Source of the DNA: Patescibacteria group bacterium
Lineage (GTDB): Bacteria > Patescibacteriota > Patescibacteriia > Magasanikbacterales > GWA2-37-8
Length of the DNA: 64,000 nt
Assembly: GCA_041649475.1 (NCBI GenBank)
Contig: JBAZNA010000001.1
Coordinates: 24,895 to 88,894 of the forward strand
Direction of reading: 5' to 3'
Shown in pieces: positions 8,877-20,653 of the stretch. Below the pieces are notes generated by a model. That model searched no databases. It was given only the letters and a program-made list of their open reading frames with translations, and was not told the DNA's origin. A program made the translations under genes and the position numbers. The first letter of the stretch is position 1, and each line of letters opens with the position of its first letter.

Positions 8877-8957
8877 AAATGAAATATCAAAATTTACGCC
8901 TCTAATTTACCACATTTGGGCATAGGGGTCAATTTCAACAAACAAAAAAGACCATTG

Positions 8958-9062
<105 letters not shown>

Positions 9063-9124
9063 AGACAATGGTCTTTTTTAAATTTTTAAAACATTGGCAT
9101 TGAACAGTCAACAATGGATATAAG

Positions 9125-12150
<3,026 letters not shown>

Positions 12151-12494
12151 AGTCGCTTCTACCCTATTATTGTTGACTTATTCAATTGTCAATGAACATT
12201 TGCCATGTTCATCCGCTTCCAGAAATTCTCTCACACGTATTACACCAAATTTTGGTATGATTCGTGTTTTAAAATTTCGATTTGAGATTTAAAAAGAACC
12301 GCGGCAAGCGGTCCCTTTAAAATTCAGTAAAACTGAACTTCAGCCGCTTGGATGATCTGAGTAAAATATTGATGTCTTCATATGGTTTAGTTATGTAAGA
12401 AATCATTTACTACCCAGAGGTCCAAGCTGGTACGATTTGTATCCAGAAAGTGTGGACATGGTTCCCTAAAGTTAGGGTTTTCTATCGCTTGAAC

Positions 12495-12522
12495 ATTATA
12501 ACACTTGGCAAAATTTTGTCAA
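12495..12522 (-). promoter_or_regulatory. Consensus sigma70 promoter (TTGACA, 16-nt spacer, TATAAT) driving the 23S-5S operon
   Basis: On the minus strand the sequence reads cTTGACAaaattttgccaagtgtTATAATg. It sits directly downstream of the pdaD stop and about 340 nt upstream of the 23S 5' end. Confidence 0.7.
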
Positions 12523-12560
12523 GCCCTGGAATGTGGATAAACAGTGGACAATTCTGGTGT

Positions 12561-13115
12561 TCAAACCTGCTCCTCTGTAATGAATACCGCGGCGGCAATG
12601 CAGGTTGTCCAAAGCCCGTATTTATTACACTGGGCTGATTGGCAAATATTGGTTGTTTTGATAATCTTTCCGCTTGCCTTATATTCCTGTTCCCTCTCAT
12701 TCCAGGCCTTTTCCGTGTCAAACTCTATACCGAGCGTGGTGGCCAACATAGTGGCAGCCAAATCCTCGGCATACTCGCCGGCTTTTTCATCTGTCTCGCC
12801 AAAAGCATGGTGTTCAGAAAGATAACCGTAAGTATCTTTGTCTGTGGGCAGAGCCAAGCCGATGGCGGCTGATATCAATCTGTTTGGTTCGTTGGTTTCC
12901 ACCCTGGCCATGACGCAAAAAGTTATCTGGCCTGCCTTTAAATTTGCGACCCCCTTTGCTCGGGGAATTATTTTGCATCCCGGAGGAAAAATGCTGGACA
13001 CGTAAACCAAATTTTGATTTTCAATGCCGGCGCTCCGAAGCGCCGCCTCAAAGGATGCCAATTTGTCTTTGTGCACGCCCACACCCTTCACGAAAAAAAT
13101 ATTTTTTGGGATCAT
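12561..13115 (-). CDS. pdaD: Pyruvoyl-dependent arginine decarboxylase (archaeal/chlamydial PdaD/AaxB type)
   Basis: [18 protein letters not shown]-terminus and the [10 protein letters not shown] self-cleavage Ser-Ser site are typical of PvlArgDC. 184 aa. Confidence 0.75.
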   Translation of the reverse strand: MIPKNIFFVKGVGVHKDKLASFEAALRSAGIENQNLVYVSSIFPPGCKIIPRAKGVANLKAGQITFCVMARVETNEPNRLISAAIGLALPTDKDTYGYLSEHHAFGETDEKAGEYAEDLAATMLATTLGIEFDTEKAWNEREQEYKASGKIIKTTNICQSAQCNKYGLWTTCIAAAVFITEEQV

Positions 13116-13120
13116 AAAAA

Positions 13121-13411
13121 TTAGATATCTTCTTTAAAAATTATTATGCAACTGCCAATTTTTTCATCAACTCTGGCTATTACACTTTGTAACTCCGGGA
13201 TTTTTAACAATTCCAGCACCTTTTTTCGTAATATTCCTTCGCCGATTCCATATATAATCCGGACCATCTCTTTATCCAAATGATAATTTTCCAAAACAAA
13301 ACCCCTGACATCTTCCTCATTAAAAAGAGACATTTTTTCATGCAAATCCAGCTCGGGCATTTTGGCTCCAAGCTCGGCGGCAAATGATTTTGCTTCAATA
13401 CTGTCAGACAT
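13121..13411 (-). CDS. Hypothetical small protein (96 aa from MSDSIEAK...)
   Basis: The longer ORF start (13441) would overlap tRNA-Leu, so the start was trimmed to the internal Met at 13411. Confidence 0.45.
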   Translation of the reverse strand: MSDSIEAKSFAAELGAKMPELDLHEKMSLFNEEDVRGFVLENYHLDKEMVRIIYGIGEGILRKKVLELLKIPELQSVIARVDEKIGSCIIIFKEDI

Positions 13412-13414
13412 AAG

Positions 13415-13497
13415 TGCTGGAGGAGGGACTCGAACCCTCACGCCTTACGGCATTAGTTCCTAAAACTAACGTGGATACCAAGTTTCACCACTCCAGC
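13415..13497 (-). tRNA. tRNA-Leu (anticodon TAG), long variable arm
   Basis: Acceptor GCTGGAG/CTCCAGC, anticodon stem TTAGT/ACTAA with loop TTTAGGA (G37), variable arm TGCCGTAAGGCGT, T-loop TTCGAGT. Confidence 0.8.
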
Positions 13498-14169
13498 TTA
13501 ATTACGGCTATTTTCTTGTTGTCTCAAAAATTCTTTTGCCCGGCTATACTTTCTTTCCAAACTAGCCGGAAAACGTGAATAGTATAACAAATCTACTAAT
13601 TTTGTCGAGTCCCTCTTGGCATAAGCAAGCACATGTATACCACCACCAACAGTAAAATATCCTTTTATACCATCTTTTTCAGTCATACTTTTTACCCAAA
13701 CCAAAAAAGGTTTACTGGCCGAAACTAAACGAATTCTAAATTGTGGAAGCTTGCTTTCAGGATGCCTAAAAGAATCAATGGTGCCGTCGCCGTCTATACA
13801 CCCTCTTAAAAAATCATAGAAATACTTATCTGGAATATTCAACTCTCCTAAAGTTTTAGATTTCTTTGGCATCAACCCAATACTCAATAAAAATTTATAA
13901 AATAAAACATCCCCAAATTGTATGACATAATAATTTCTATCTTTCCTGCCATAACCGCATTTGCTTTTGATACCAATTTTATTACTCAGCCCCAAATATT
14001 TTTTATACAACTCTATAAAATCTAAATCCTTAGACGTAAAACTAATATGTCTGCCATCTGTAGACAAATTTCCGTCAGTCACAATCAAACCTATAACATA
14101 GGCAAACTCCGGTGACCATTCAATTTTTACTTTTGCGAGTGGTTTCATGTCAGAATCATACCACAGCAA
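13498..14169 (-). CDS. Free-standing double-motif LAGLIDADG homing endonuclease
   Basis: Two LAGLIDADG motifs are read: YVIGLIVTDGNL and FLRGCIDGDGTI, about 100 aa apart. 223 aa. The ORF stop abuts the 5' end of tRNA-Leu. Confidence 0.75.
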   Translation of the reverse strand: MLWYDSDMKPLAKVKIEWSPEFAYVIGLIVTDGNLSTDGRHISFTSKDLDFIELYKKYLGLSNKIGIKSKCGYGRKDRNYYVIQFGDVLFYKFLLSIGLMPKKSKTLGELNIPDKYFYDFLRGCIDGDGTIDSFRHPESKLPQFRIRLVSASKPFLVWVKSMTEKDGIKGYFTVGGGIHVLAYAKRDSTKLVDLLYYSRFPASLERKYSRAKEFLRQQENSRN

Positions 14170-14189
14170 AAATGAAGAATGGATAAAAA

Positions 14190-14220
14190 TAAAATAAACT
14201 GCTTTTGGCAGTTTATTTTA
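14190..14220 (-). terminator. Rho-independent terminator after pnp (AAACTGC-ttttg-GCAGTTT plus T-run)
   Basis: 7-bp stem followed by tattttattttt on the minus-strand transcript. Confidence 0.55.
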
Positions 14221-14234
14221 TAATAATTGTTGTT

Positions 14235-16466
14235 TTATCTTCCTCTTCCACCATGTCCGCCGCCTCTACCACCTCGTCCGCCACCGCCAAATCCGCCTCG
14301 TCCACCGCCACTGCTTCTTTCAAATGCCGGCCTTTCCACATAACCCTCCGGCTTTTCAAGCAAGGCTTTCATACTCAAGTTGGTGCGGCCTAAATTATCA
14401 ATTTCCTTCACTTTAACTTTCACGCGATCGCCTAATTTTAGCACGTCGCTTGGCTTGTTCACTCGGTCATAACTGATTTCACTGACATGAACCAAACCGT
14501 CCTGACCGGGCAAGATGTTCACAAAAGCGCCAAAGTCCTCCAAACGGACCACGGTGCCTTCATAAATTTCTCCGGCAGTCACTTCATGGGTCAATTCTTT
14601 AATCCAATTGACGGCTTTTTCCATGCCAGTGGCATCCGAAGACGTCACAAACACACGGCCATCATCTTCTATATCTATAGACACACCGGTTTCGGCAATA
14701 ATCTTGTTGATTATCTTGCCGCCCGGGCCGATCACATCACGGATCTTATCCGGATTAATATTAATGGTAATAATTCTCGGTGCATACTGTGACATTTCCT
14801 TTCTCGGTTCGGCAATCACGCCTTTCATAAAGTCCAAAATCTTGATTCTGGCTGATTTTGCCTCCGCAAAAGTTTTCTTCACAATATCCCAGCTTAAACC
14901 ATCGGTCTTGGTATCCATCTGAATGGCAGTGACGCCATCACGAGTGCCGGCAATCTTAAAGTCCATACCGCCCGGCCCATCTTCAACATCCTGCAAATCA
15001 GTTATCAGTTTCCAACTGCCTTTTTTATCGCTGGCCAAACCCATGGCAATCCCGGCCACCGGCTTCTTCAAAGGCACACCGGCATCCATTAGAGCCAAGG
15101 TTGAACCGCAGGTTGAAGCCATTGAACTGGATCCGTTTGAACCAAGCACTTCAGAAACAACCCTGATTGCATAAGGAAAATCGGCTTCAGCGGGAAGCAT
15201 TGGTTCAACCGCCCGTTCGGCCAAAGCGCCATGACCAATGGCACGATTACCCGGTCCGCGCAAAGGTCCGGCTTCACCGTAAGTGGCCGGCGTATCATTA
15301 TAATGATGCATGTACCGTTTCTTGCCTTCTTCTTCCATAGTGTCTAATGTCTGCACATCGCCGGGAGCGCCCAAAGTGACTACAGACAAAACCTGGGTAT
15401 CGCCTCGCATAAACAGACCGGTGCCATGAGTGCGCGGCAAAAGTCCGATTTCCGCTTTCAATTCTCTAACCTCATCAAGTTTTCTGCCGTCCAGCCGCTC
15501 TCCTTTTTCCAAAATACGGCTAGTAATCTCTTTTTCAACATAGATTTTTACCCGGCCGAGTACAATCTTTTTTATGGTTTCATCAACTTCTTTTTCATCA
15601 AGCATTTCGCCAATGGCCTTGCTGAATTTTTCAATCATCAACACCCTTTCGGCTCTGCCCTTTTTAGGTGCCTCAAAAATCCAATCATCAACATGGCTGG
15701 CTACAAATTTTTCCGCTTCTTTTTCAACTTTGCGCAATTCCAATTCTTTTTCATCGGCAATCTGGGAAAGATCCAGTTTGGCCTTGCCAACTTCTTTTTG
15801 AATTTTATTTATCAGATCCAAAATCGGTTTGAGTTCCTTGGCCCCAAATTGCATAGCGCCAATAACTTCATCTTCCGGGGTTTCTTTACAGCCCGCTTCC
15901 ACCATAATCACTTTATCCGGCGTACCGGCTACCACTAAATCAACACTGCCGGTTTCCCTCTCCGCAAAGGTGGGGTTAATTTTCCATTTGTCCTCAATCT
16001 TACCAATTCTAACGCCGGCAATCGGACCCTGCCACGGGATTTCAGAAATTGACAGGACGATTGCGGCCGCAATCATGGCCGGTATCTGCGTATCATTCTC
16101 GCCGTCATAGGACAAAGCAGTTAAAATCACCTGCACGTCATTGCGCATGGTTTCATCAAACAGTGGTCTGATAGCACGATCAACCAAACGACCGGAAAGT
16201 ACCGCCTCTTCGCTCGGTCTGCCTTCGCGCTTGATAAACCTACTGCCCTTAATTTTTCCGGCCGCATATAATTTTTCCTCAAAATTCACCATCAGCGGGA
16301 AAAAATCTATGCCGTCGCGGGTGGTCTTACTCATCACGGCGGTAGCCAAAAGCACGGTGTCGCCATAGCGAACCGTACAAGACGCATTGGCCTGAAGAGC
16401 CAATTTACCAACTTCAATAGAAAGGGTGCGTCCGCCCCATTCTATGGACCAGTTTTTTACTTCCAT
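14235..16466 (-). CDS. pnp: Polyribonucleotide nucleotidyltransferase (PNPase) with C-terminal Gly/Arg-rich (RGG) tail
   Basis: Two RNase PH-like domains, then KH and S1 regions. The last about 25 residues read GGGRGGFGGGGRGGRGGGHGGRGR. Confidence 0.9.
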   Translation of the reverse strand: MEVKNWSIEWGGRTLSIEVGKLALQANASCTVRYGDTVLLATAVMSKTTRDGIDFFPLMVNFEEKLYAAGKIKGSRFIKREGRPSEEAVLSGRLVDRAIRPLFDETMRNDVQVILTALSYDGENDTQIPAMIAAAIVLSISEIPWQGPIAGVRIGKIEDKWKINPTFAERETGSVDLVVAGTPDKVIMVEAGCKETPEDEVIGAMQFGAKELKPILDLINKIQKEVGKAKLDLSQIADEKELELRKVEKEAEKFVASHVDDWIFEAPKKGRAERVLMIEKFSKAIGEMLDEKEVDETIKKIVLGRVKIYVEKEITSRILEKGERLDGRKLDEVRELKAEIGLLPRTHGTGLFMRGDTQVLSVVTLGAPGDVQTLDTMEEEGKKRYMHHYNDTPATYGEAGPLRGPGNRAIGHGALAERAVEPMLPAEADFPYAIRVVSEVLGSNGSSSMASTCGSTLALMDAGVPLKKPVAGIAMGLASDKKGSWKLITDLQDVEDGPGGMDFKIAGTRDGVTAIQMDTKTDGLSWDIVKKTFAEAKSARIKILDFMKGVIAEPRKEMSQYAPRIITININPDKIRDVIGPGGKIINKIIAETGVSIDIEDDGRVFVTSSDATGMEKAVNWIKELTHEVTAGEIYEGTVVRLEDFGAFVNILPGQDGLVHVSEISYDRVNKPSDVLKLGDRVKVKVKEIDNLGRTNLSMKALLEKPEGYVERPAFERSSGGGRGGFGGGGRGGRGGGHGGRGR

Positions 16467-16496
16467 ATTTTTCCTTTCTGAAGTTGATGTGGGAGC

Positions 16497-17087
16497 TTAA
16501 GACCTCTTATTTAAAGGTCTATGTGTCCCCGCACCAGCTTCTTTATGATTATATCTTTTATCTGTAATTAAAAACTTTCCTTTGTCTTCACTCAAATTAA
16601 TAAAATCATCAGCTGCTTCAATTAATTTTCCGGAGGTTGTTCCGCCAAAAGCCATCACTTCAACCTGTTTTCCCTGGTTTCGCAAAAATTCAATCAAGGG
16701 TATATAGTCGCCATCGCCGGAAACCAGCACAATCGCGTCTAAACTCGGCGACAAACGAATGGCGTCAACTGTAATGCCGACATCCCAATCAGCTTTTTTT
16801 TCTCCGCCATAAAAAATCTGCAAAGGTCTTTCTTTCGTCTCAATACCCAGGTTATACAAGGCATCAAAAAACGGCTGTTCTTCCTTGCTTTCAGTGCTGA
16901 CAACATAAGCAATGGCTCTAACCAGCTTTCGGCCGGCAATTGCCTCTTTGACTATGTTACCGAAGTTAACCTTGGCGCCAAATAAATTTTTGGCACTGTA
17001 GTACATGTTCTGTACATCTATAAACACCCCTACTCTTTGTTCGGGGTGCTTCAGAGGATTATTTTTTTTATTCAATTGCGGGTTCAT
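16497..17087 (-). CDS. NYN/LabA-like domain protein
   Basis: VFIDVQNMYYS ... AIVLVSGDGDYIPLIE. 196 aa. Confidence 0.7.
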   Translation of the reverse strand: MNPQLNKKNNPLKHPEQRVGVFIDVQNMYYSAKNLFGAKVNFGNIVKEAIAGRKLVRAIAYVVSTESKEEQPFFDALYNLGIETKERPLQIFYGGEKKADWDVGITVDAIRLSPSLDAIVLVSGDGDYIPLIEFLRNQGKQVEVMAFGGTTSGKLIEAADDFINLSEDKGKFLITDKRYNHKEAGAGTHRPLNKRS

Positions 17088-17436
17088 GGCCTGGACTCAT
17101 TATATCTACTTCTTCTCCAAGATCTTCTTCAACCGTACTGGGAGTGCCATCCGGTTTAAGGATAACTCTTGGAGCTTTTATCTTTAACTTTTTAACTAGT
17201 GTTTCGTAACTTTCCGGATTCTCTTTTTTCAAATAACGCATCAAATGCCTACGGCTGCTGACCTTTCGCAGTAACCCCCGACGAGAAGAGTGATCCTTCG
17301 GGTGTTTCTTTAAATGATCCACCAGTTCCTCTATTTCAGACGCCAAAATGGCAATTTGAACCTCGTTAGAACCGGTATCTCCGGCATGGGTCTGGTATTT
17401 CTTAATTATCTGCTGCTTTTTCTTTTTATCCAGCAT
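17068..17436 (-). CDS. rpsO: 30S ribosomal protein uS15 with a C-terminal extension of about 35 aa
   Basis: HAGDTGSNEVQIAILASEIEELVDHLKKHPKDHSSRRGLLRKVSSRR matches the S15 core. rpsO lying upstream of pnp is the classic arrangement. Confidence 0.85.
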   Translation of the reverse strand: MLDKKKKQQIIKKYQTHAGDTGSNEVQIAILASEIEELVDHLKKHPKDHSSRRGLLRKVSSRRHLMRYLKKENPESYETLVKKLKIKAPRVILKPDGTPSTVEEDLGEEVDIMSPGHEPAIE

Positions 17437-17567
17437 ACATATATATGTTACCGAGCTGACAAGAGTATGTTTCTTGGCAGTCCGTCCCTGATCAATTCCG
17501 CCAATTGGCGAAGGTCAGGACTAATTAATGGCTGTAGGATAACCTACTAAGACAAAAATGTCAAGCA

Positions 17568-17933
17568 TTACTTTACCGCCAGCCGACTGATTACAAAGTT
17601 AGAAATTGCATACGCGGCCAATATAATTATCAGACCAATAATGCCGGCCTCCAGGGCGTTTTTTGCTTTCTTGGCATATTCTTCATTACCGCGCGCAGTC
17701 ATCCACCTGAAACCGGTGTAAAACATAATTCCTAAAAAAACGATCGCCAGCAGGGCTAAAAACAGGTTTATTCCTTGACCCACAAATGTGTAAACATCTG
17801 ATTGCTGGTATCCGGCCTTAGACGCGGTCTGACCCAGACCATATTGGGCCAAGGCCGGCACCGCAAACATAAACAGAAGTGGTATAATAAATATAACCAT
17901 TTTTTTAGCTATCTTTTTAGGCATATTTAACAA
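17568..17933 (-). CDS. TrbC/VirB2-like (T4SS-type) pilin-family small membrane protein, paralog 1 of 9
   Basis: Signal peptide, two TM helices and the family loop motif YTGFRWMTARGNEE...KK. Confidence 0.6.
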   Translation of the reverse strand: MLNMPKKIAKKMVIFIIPLLFMFAVPALAQYGLGQTASKAGYQQSDVYTFVGQGINLFLALLAIVFLGIMFYTGFRWMTARGNEEYAKKAKNALEAGIIGLIIILAAYAISNFVISRLAVK

Positions 17934-17959
17934 ATACTTGGTTTAAGTCGCGGTTATTA

Positions 17960-17988
17960 TAGCACATCTTGATTTTTTCGTAAAAATA
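17960..17988 (+). promoter_or_regulatory. Sigma70 promoter (TTGATT, 17-nt spacer, TATAAT) for the tRNA-Arg/tRNA-His pair
   Basis: Read directly. It lies about 28 nt upstream of tRNA-Arg. Confidence 0.6.
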
Positions 17989-18015
17989 AGGTATAATATG
18001 TCTGCTTTAAATATC

Positions 18016-18087
18016 GGCCCCGTAGTTCAATGGATAAAACACCGGCCTTCTAAGTCGGATATCTAGGTTCGATTCCTAGCGGGGTCA
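18016..18087 (+). tRNA. tRNA-Arg (anticodon TCT)
   Basis: Acceptor GGCCCCG/CGGGGTC (one G-U pair), anticodon loop CTTCTAA, T-arm CTAGG-TTCGATT-CCTAG. Confidence 0.75.
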
Positions 18088-18112
18088 CTGGATAATTATT
18101 TATCCTAAACAT

Positions 18113-18188
18113 GGTGTCCATGGTATAACGGTTATTACGTCGGTTTGTGGTACCGACAATCTGGGTTCAACTCCCAGTGGACACCCCA
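18113..18188 (+). tRNA. tRNA-His (anticodon GTG) with encoded G-1 and 3' CCA
   Basis: Extra 5' G pairs with discriminator C73. Anticodon stem TCGGT/ACCGA with loop TTGTGGT. CCA is present in the DNA. Confidence 0.8.
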
Positions 18189-18191
18189 AAT

Positions 18192-19280
18192 ATGGCCTAT
18201 TCAAAAAAACTGCTGATTGTCTCATGCTCTACCGGTTCAGGACACGGCCGGGCCGCGGAAGCCCTGCGGCTAAGCTGCCAAAAGTTATACCCCGATGTCC
18301 AAGCCCTGCATATTGACTTTGCCGACTATTCCAGCTGGATAGCCCGGGTTTCAATTATAAATTCTTATAATTTTTTTATTTCGCGCGCGCCCGGACTTTT
18401 CGGTTATATTTATAAATTATCAGATAATTTTGCCATCCAACCATTTTTTAAAGTTGCCAAATTTTTTCTCCGCCAGGGCGTGAGAAAATTTTTAAAAAAA
18501 CTGAAAGAATACCAGCCCGATCACATTATTTCAACCCATTTTCTGCCCCAGCTGGTTTTACCGATTGAATATCCAACTCCCATTGATGTGGTAATAACTG
18601 ATTATCACGCTCACCGTATCTGGCTCTCACCAAACACCAGAAAATTTTTTGTAGCTTCAGACCAGGTTAAAACCGAATTGGAAAAATTGGGAATAAAAAG
18701 TATTGTTTCCGGCTTGCCGGTGCACCCAAAATTTTTTAGGGAAAGAGACACTCAAAAACTAAAAGAGGAATTCGGTATAAATAACGGTCTGCCCACTATT
18801 TTGATGATGCCCGCTTATCGGGGCGAACTTAAGGCCAAAGAGATTGTTAATACAATCTTTTCTTATGACAAAAATGTAAATGTAGTAGCCATTTCCGGCC
18901 ATAATAATGAGCGGGTCTTTGAAGAACTGGCCAACATAAAAAAGAGTGGACAAAAAAATCTGATTGTAATAAAAAGAGCGGAAAACATAGACGACTGGAT
19001 GCGAGTGGCGGATATTATTGTCAGTAAAGCCGGCGGACTGACTGTAACTGAAGCTATGTTTTTACAAAAACCAATAATAATAATAAATCCAATCCCGGGC
19101 CAGGAGGTATTCAATATGGAATATCTGATTAAGAGCGGTTATGGATTCGGAGCCGAGTCGTGCGATGATCTGGCTAAAAAAATTGAAAAAATACTAGCCA
19201 ATCCGGGCATAATCAAAAAACCGGCGCCTAGCCGGTCCAATGAAATAATTTTGACAGAGGTTCTAAAAAAAGAGGAATGA
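18192..19280 (+). CDS. GT28-family glycosyltransferase (MGDG synthase / UgtP-YpfP-like diacylglycerol glycosyltransferase)
   Basis: N-terminal LLIVSCSTGSGHGRAAEAL resembles the MGDG_synth/UgtP N-domain. The start was trimmed to the Met after tRNA-His. Confidence 0.55.
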   Translation: MAYSKKLLIVSCSTGSGHGRAAEALRLSCQKLYPDVQALHIDFADYSSWIARVSIINSYNFFISRAPGLFGYIYKLSDNFAIQPFFKVAKFFLRQGVRKFLKKLKEYQPDHIISTHFLPQLVLPIEYPTPIDVVITDYHAHRIWLSPNTRKFFVASDQVKTELEKLGIKSIVSGLPVHPKFFRERDTQKLKEEFGINNGLPTILMMPAYRGELKAKEIVNTIFSYDKNVNVVAISGHNNERVFEELANIKKSGQKNLIVIKRAENIDDWMRVADIIVSKAGGLTVTEAMFLQKPIIIINPIPGQEVFNMEYLIKSGYGFGAESCDDLAKKIEKILANPGIIKKPAPSRSNEIILTEVLKKEE

Positions 19281-19637
19281 TGATGTTGCGCCGGTTATTG
19301 CATTAAATACAAACCAGGTAATTGAATAGGACACCAAAATTATAGCCAAGCCAATCACGCTGGCCATTAAAATCTTCTTGGCTTTAGCAATATTATCTTC
19401 ATTGCCGCCGGCAGTCATCCATAAAAAACCGGCATAAACCGTAAGGACAATAAAAATTGTACCGAGCAACCCCAAGGCCACATAAATTATTTGAGCAACT
19501 ATCAAACGCGGATCAACCGGCGCGCCCAAATTTCCGCCTTGCATTCCGGCTGCGGCTTGGAGTTGTCTATTGGCTTCGGAACCTGGCCCGGAGCCGCCTT
19601 CATAAAAAATTTGAGCGAGAACTTTGTGCATAAACAA
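19263..19637 (-). CDS. TrbC/VirB2-like pilin-family protein, paralog 2
   Basis: VYAGFLWMTAGGNEDNIAKAKK motif between two TM helices. Confidence 0.6.
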   Translation of the reverse strand: MFMHKVLAQIFYEGGSGPGSEANRQLQAAAGMQGGNLGAPVDPRLIVAQIIYVALGLLGTIFIVLTVYAGFLWMTAGGNEDNIAKAKKILMASVIGLAIILVSYSITWFVFNAITGATSSFLFF

Positions 19638-19640
19638 TAA

Positions 19641-20237
19641 TTATGGGCAAGGATTGGCGCAGTTATTCCAAACACTGCCGCCATCTTTTATACATTGATT
19701 TTCCGCATTCACCCTTTGCGGATCTCCGGAATTAGGCAAATTAATGGCGCCGTAACTGGGATCGCATTGATGAGTGGTGGAAAAACAACAGCCCCTGGCC
19801 CCGTTTATTCCCTCAACAGTAGTTTCATCGTAACCGCCAACCACATTGCCTGTCGGCGAAGTGGCGCTATATAAATAATTAGTCACAAAATAGGTAATGC
19901 TGTACGCGGCCAGAACTATCACTAAGCCAATCACACTGGTAGTTAAAATCTTTTTAGCTTTGGTAATCGGCTCTTCATCACCAGCCGCGGTCATCCACAA
20001 AAAGCCGGCATAAACCGTCAGGGCTAAAAAAATCATCCCTACCAGTCCTAAAACTATACTAATAATCATACCAACGGTTTGGGATAGAGTTGTGTCTGTC
20101 ACACCCGCGGTTTGATAACCGCTCTTCTGGGCAATCTGGCTGGTGAGATCATTAATATTTGGGGCGGCCAAAACCGGCCCTGCCATTAAGGCAGAGGCAA
20201 AAATTATTGCTAATAAAATTTTTAAATAAATCTTCAT
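19641..20237 (-). CDS. TrbC/VirB2-like pilin-family protein, paralog 3, with C-terminal Cys-rich extension
   Basis: VYAGFLWMTAAGDEE core, plus a C-terminal domain of about 80 aa with 7 Cys (GCCFSTTHQCDPS...CIKDGGSVWNNCANPCP). Confidence 0.6.
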   Translation of the reverse strand: MKIYLKILLAIIFASALMAGPVLAAPNINDLTSQIAQKSGYQTAGVTDTTLSQTVGMIISIVLGLVGMIFLALTVYAGFLWMTAAGDEEPITKAKKILTTSVIGLVIVLAAYSITYFVTNYLYSATSPTGNVVGGYDETTVEGINGARGCCFSTTHQCDPSYGAINLPNSGDPQRVNAENQCIKDGGSVWNNCANPCP

Positions 20238-20248
20238 GTTACGAATAT

Positions 20249-20641
20249 TTAATTTGCCAAGCCGCTTGGATTTGAATTTGATACACTGCCACCCAATTTG
20301 GTAGTTACAAAATAGGTGATCGCGTAGGCCGACAAAACGATTACCAAACCGATAATACAGGTTTTTAAAGTTGTCTTGGCTGTCTCAATGCGCTTCTCTT
20401 CCCCGGCCGCGGTCATCCACATAACACCGGCGTAAATTGTTAAGCCCAAAAATACTGTACCAACAAGCGACAGAGCCACTTTGATAACATTAGCCACAGA
20501 GGTGGTGAGGTCAGATTGTAAACCGGTTCCACCGGCGGCTTTCTGCAGATTTCCGGTAGCTGCCCCAAGCTGGGCATTGGCAATTAAAGGTATACCGGCG
20601 AGCAAACAAATTGATATGGCGATAAGAAAAAGTTTTTTCAT
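20249..20641 (-). CDS. TrbC/VirB2-like pilin-family protein, paralog 4
   Basis: IYAGVMWMTAAGEEKRIETAK core. Confidence 0.6.
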   Translation of the reverse strand: MKKLFLIAISICLLAGIPLIANAQLGAATGNLQKAAGGTGLQSDLTTSVANVIKVALSLVGTVFLGLTIYAGVMWMTAAGEEKRIETAKTTLKTCIIGLVIVLSAYAITYFVTTKLGGSVSNSNPSGLAN

Positions 20642-20653
20642 ACTAAAAAAATA

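Noticed and set aside
12482-12872. ORFs 12482-12721 (-), 12544-12825 (+) and 12639-12872 (+).
   Set aside because: They overlap pdaD, which has a strong family match, and the rRNA promoter, and are in alternative frames. They are spurious.
13412-13441. N-terminal extension (MRVRVPPPAL) of ORF 13121-13441.
   Set aside because: It overlaps the 3' end of tRNA-Leu(TAG). The start was moved to the internal Met at 13411.
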